Part shown: positions 60,706 to 64,000 of the stretch, in pieces
Layout: each line of letters starts with the position of its first letter
Position numbering within the stretch: the stretch's first letter is position 1
NCBI GenBank assembly: GCA_903877885.1
Contig: CAIRFN010000011.1
Span: forward strand, 9,281 to 73,280
Length of the DNA stretch: 64,000 nt
Source: an uncultured Candidatus Berkelbacteria bacterium
GTDB lineage: Bacteria > Patescibacteriota > UBA1384 > UBA12157
Reading direction: 5' to 3'
Notes under the pieces: model-generated
Database searches by the model: none
What the model was told of the DNA's origin: nothing
What the model saw: only the letters and a program-made list of their open reading frames with translations
Translations under genes and position numbers: made by a program

Positions 60706-61596
60706 ATGGATAATAAAAACTTAGAAATTAAGTTCGGTGGTGATCTCCACGAAATAGATGTCGATCTTTTGATTGAATCTCTGATTAATTATTCTTCTGT
60801 TACTCAAGAAGCTTCTGCTTATCTCTCACCTGGAATCAAAGTTGAAATAAAAATAAAGGCGCCCAAACAAGGCAGCTTTATTTTACTTTTGAATTTAGTA
60901 GCAAAAGAAACAAGTAACTTGCTAGCAAAAGATAATATTGAGCTTGCGGCAAGTATAGTAACGATTGTTGGTGGTTTATATGGGTTAAAACAGTGGATAT
61001 CAAAAAACGGTAAACCTGAAACAGTAAAACCTAATGAAGATAACAGTATTGAGATTATCAATAATAATGGCAGTATTACTATTAGTAATGATGTATATAA
61101 TATTTATCAAGAAAATCCAAAAGTTAGAGAAAATTTGAGAAATACATTTATTAAATTAAAAGAGCGGGAAGAAATAAGCGATTTTTCAATCAAAGATGTC
61201 GATACTGGTCAGGACATTTTTAGCGCCGGAAAAGAAGAGTTTAACTTATTATCTTCTTTTGACGATGAAATAGAGCAGAGAAGACAAAAAGTACTAAAAG
61301 AAAAACAAGAACTATCAGTATTTAAAATAGTTTTCAAAGAAAACTACAAATGGGAATTCTTTTATCAAGGCACAAAAATATATGCCGCTTTGAGAGATGA
61401 ATCATTTTTTAAGAAGATCGAACGAGGTGAAATTGCATTTAGAAGTGGAGACAAGCTAATCGCTGATTTGGAAATCGACCAAGTTTTTAATGAAGCAGCG
61501 AATACTTTTGTAAACGATTCATATAATATTCTAAAAGTAGTTGAACACATGCCAAGAGTTTCCGCAACTCAACATTCTTTTGATTTTGAAAAGTGA
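60706..61596 (+). CDS. Hypothetical AT-rich protein
   Basis: 296-aa ORF directly downstream of the tRNA; no motif recognised with confidence. Confidence 0.65.
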   Translation: MDNKNLEIKFGGDLHEIDVDLLIESLINYSSVTQEASAYLSPGIKVEIKIKAPKQGSFILLLNLVAKETSNLLAKDNIELAASIVTIVGGLYGLKQWISKNGKPETVKPNEDNSIEIINNNGSITISNDVYNIYQENPKVRENLRNTFIKLKEREEISDFSIKDVDTGQDIFSAGKEEFNLLSSFDDEIEQRRQKVLKEKQELSVFKIVFKENYKWEFFYQGTKIYAALRDESFFKKIERGEIAFRSGDKLIADLEIDQVFNEAANTFVNDSYNILKVVEHMPRVSATQHSFDFEK

Positions 61597-61659
61597 ACTT
61601 TATATATTATTTTTAGTAATAATTTGTTCTCATTTTCTCTTGACATCATTTGCGCTCTC

Positions 61660-61835
61660 TGAAACATTCTGATATCTTTGTATCAGAGTACTTTTTCGGA
61701 TACGCGCTTTAGTTTTCTGATTAGGGCGCTGTAAACAGATGTTTCATTCTAGGAGGGTGGAACTATTTTCGGTTTCAAAAAAGTCAGTAATTTAACAATT
61801 TTACCTCGTTAGATTTCGTAAATCTAATCGAGGTT
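61660..61835 (+). ncRNA. Candidate structured leader or ncRNA
   Basis: TGAAACAT/ATGTTTCA stem enclosing TCTGATA/TATCAGA and GCGCTTTAG/TTAGGGCGC; ACCTCG-TTAGATTT-cgt-AAATCTAA-t-CGAGGT hairpin abuts the RBS. Confidence 0.35.
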
Positions 61836-61844
61836 AGGAGAAAA

Positions 61845-62594
61845 ATGAAAAAAACATTCAGTAGATTTTTAATCGGTTTATTCTTGGTCCTCACTTTAGT
61901 CATTTTTGGCGCTAGCCCAGTTTCCGCTCACGCCACGACCAGTAAAGCGCCGGTGACAGTTTTAAAAACTAATCCAAATCATGCTCATAGTCAAGATGGT
62001 TGGTATACTTCGGTTACCATGATCGAACTTCATGCCAATAATAATAAAATATATTTCCAAATGAACAGCACTGATGGCAAATGGCAAACCTACAAAAAAC
62101 CAATCAAAGCCTGGCGTGGTGAAAATACCTTATACTATTATTCAGTTAATGCCAAAGGTGAAAAAGAGCAAATTAAATCAAAAGTAATTAAAGTCGACTA
62201 TATTAAATCGAAAATTAAAAATCTAAAATCAGTTTCGAAAGCCAGTGGTGTGCAAATCAGCACTATCAAAAAAACCGAACCAGTCGCTACTATTTCTAAT
62301 TCTAAACCAGTTGTAAATAATGTTTCCCCGGTTTCTAATCTGAAAAAGAAGGCGATTGATAATGCAGCTAAAACAGAGAAGATTAGCAATAATCCCGAAC
62401 CGGAAAAAACTCCAGCGCCAGTTAGTCGGCCAGCTCGGAACTGGAATCATTTATTAGTCGCTATTTCTATTTTAATTATCGCCACTGGTGCAGCTATCGG
62501 TGGTTATTACGGATACGAAGCCTGGTCCAGTAAACCCAAAGAAATAGCCGAAAAACCCAAGGAAAAAGAAAAGAAATCCAGTAGTCGTTGGTGA
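61845..62594 (+). CDS. Secreted or membrane-anchored protein with an Ig-like (chitobiase/FN3-associated) domain
   Basis: Signal peptide; DGWYTS..IYF..WQTYKKPI..GENTLYYYSVNAKGEKE; C-terminal TM. Confidence 0.7.
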   Translation: MKKTFSRFLIGLFLVLTLVIFGASPVSAHATTSKAPVTVLKTNPNHAHSQDGWYTSVTMIELHANNNKIYFQMNSTDGKWQTYKKPIKAWRGENTLYYYSVNAKGEKEQIKSKVIKVDYIKSKIKNLKSVSKASGVQISTIKKTEPVATISNSKPVVNNVSPVSNLKKKAIDNAAKTEKISNNPEPEKTPAPVSRPARNWNHLLVAISILIIATGAAIGGYYGYEAWSSKPKEIAEKPKEKEKKSSSRW

Positions 62595-62682
62595 CTTAGT
62601 AAAGTCATCATGAGTGAAGTCGAATGATTTCAAAATCTAAAAAATCACCCCAAGCTAACAAATAGCAAAGGGTGATTTTTTT

Positions 62683-63102
62683 GTGCTCAATTTAGGTTAT
62701 AATAGTATTAAGATGAATTTAGATTTTGAGCAAAACCCGTTTTTGAAATTTTTGAAAAAGATATTTGTTTATCTTCTGATTATCTATGTTTTCGTGCTCT
62801 TGGCTCGGTCGGTGATGGTTAATGTCGGGCTTAAAAAACAAATCGATCAGGTTAAAAAAACTAATCAGACCTTAGAAGCCAATAATAAAAATCTGCAAAA
62901 TTTAATTGTTTATTATCAATCTGCAAGTTTCAAAGAACTCGAAGCGCGAGACAAATTGGGGCTTAAAAAACCTGATGAACAGGTAGTTTTTATCCCAGTT
63001 AAAAAGTTCGATCAAACAAACAATTCAGTTGATCAGATTGCTCCTGTAAAACCGCAAAATATCTCTAATTTTCAGGCCTGGTGGCAATATATTTTCGAGT
63101 GA
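62683..63102 (+). CDS. Septum formation initiator (DivIC/FtsB family)
   Basis: TM, coiled coil, then ELEARDKLGLKKPDEQVV; true start probably the ATG of MNLDFEQ. Confidence 0.8.
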   Translation: MLNLGYNSIKMNLDFEQNPFLKFLKKIFVYLLIIYVFVLLARSVMVNVGLKKQIDQVKKTNQTLEANNKNLQNLIVYYQSASFKELEARDKLGLKKPDEQVVFIPVKKFDQTNNSVDQIAPVKPQNISNFQAWWQYIFE

Positions 63103-63112
63103 ACTTTTTTAC

Positions 63113-63241
63113 TGTCATTCCGGTCAGGTTGGATATCCTGTATCAAGTACAGGACAGGCTCCGAACCGGAATCCAGAATCAATTCATATCTGGATCCCCG
63201 ATGTCGGTATTCGATGAACTCATACCGGCTCGAGGATGACA
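63113..63241. repeat. REP-like composite palindrome
   Basis: TGTCATTCCGG...CCGGAATCCAG...CTGGATCCCCGATGTCGG...CTCGAGGATGACA, homologous to 13046-13143. Confidence 0.8.
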
Positions 63242-63334
63242 AAAAGGAAAACAAACCACTCTACCTTGACATCAAGGTCTTTTTCTGATATAATTATTTA
63301 ATGTCATTATTTTGACAGTCCTCCGGGAGGGGAC

Positions 63335-64000
63335 ATGACCAAGAAAAATAACCACAACTTAATCAAGACTTTTTACACCATTACTTTTGGTTTAATGGTT
63401 ATTTTTAGCACTATCAATATTACTTATGCCGCCGATGCCAATATTTTAATTTCTAAAGCCAATGAAGATCGTACTCAAAACAATTTAAAAAAATTGGAAT
63501 TTAACCAAGAACTGACTAATGCGGCTCAAGCTAAAGTTAACGATATGTTTGCCAATAATTATTTCGCTCATTTTTCGCCAACTGGCAAATCTCCCTGGGA
63601 TTTTATTACGGCTTCCGGTTACAATTATGCATATGCTGGTGAAAACTTAGCGATTGGCTACACTGATGATGCTGAATTAAATACCGCCTGGATGAACTCG
63701 CCAGATCATCGCGCTAATATTTTAGATAAAAATTATACCCAAATTGGGATGGCCGTTAAAACCGCTGAATTTGATGGTGTTAAAACTACGATTGTGGTTC
63801 AAGAATTTGGTGCGCCGATGGCTATAGTAACTACACAACCTGTTAATTCAATCAAACCCCAAGTGGTGGCCGGGACCAACTCAAGTCTTAATCTTCAAAC
63901 TGGACCGAGTTTCAATCAAATGTTTACTACTAGCGTTCGAATTGTTCTTGGAGTTTTATTTATTATTTTTGTTTCAGTAATTTATTTTTTCTTTCGCGAA
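63335..64000 (+). CDS. CAP/SCP-domain protein (runs off the window)
   Basis: Manual translation: ANEDRTQNNLKKLEFNQELTNAAQAKVNDMFANNYFAHFSPTGKSPWDFI..YAGENLAIG...WMNSPDHRANILDKNYTQIG. Confidence 0.9.
   Translation, partial: MTKKNNHNLIKTFYTITFGLMVIFSTINITYAADANILISKANEDRTQNNLKKLEFNQELTNAAQAKVNDMFANNYFAHFSPTGKSPWDFITASGYNYAYAGENLAIGYTDDAELNTAWMNSPDHRANILDKNYTQIGMAVKTAEFDGVKTTIVVQEFGAPMAIVTTQPVNSIKPQVVAGTNSSLNLQTGPSFNQMFTTSVRIVLGVLFIIFVSVIYFFFRE

Overview
Low-GC bacterial chromosome segment in genetic code 11 (genes end in TGA). Gene content and architecture suggest a Patescibacteria/CPR-type organism; this is an inference. From left to right: (i) 1-4461, the right part of an integrated phage-like element with terminase large and small subunits, a ParB-DNA methylase, a PIN-like gene and a tRNA-3'-like att junction; (ii) 4.5-15.8 kb, host and accessory genes including ORF6N, an HExxH protease, desulfoferrodoxin, TspO, a minimal pyruvate kinase, dnaG-rpoD, a kinase and a HIT-like phosphorylase; (iii) 15852-25797, a complete ~9.9-kb integrative element in tRNA-Asn carrying SpoVG, a Rep-like protein, HTH-fused Type III Mod plus Res, and a large serine recombinase; (iv) stand-alone minus-strand genes; (v) a 28.4-kb gene for a 9471-aa modular surface protein; (vi) an L,D-transpeptidase, an HTH-LAGLIDADG-like gene next to a tRNA half and a tRNA-Ile(UAU), a DivIC/FtsB-like gene and a CAP protein. 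The most notable signal is that the att site lies inside the recombinase's 3' end. Excision would swap a tRNA-derived tail for an in-frame tail stored at the far end of the element, and the left element appears to share this design. All protein calls come from motif recognition by eye; no database searches were run.
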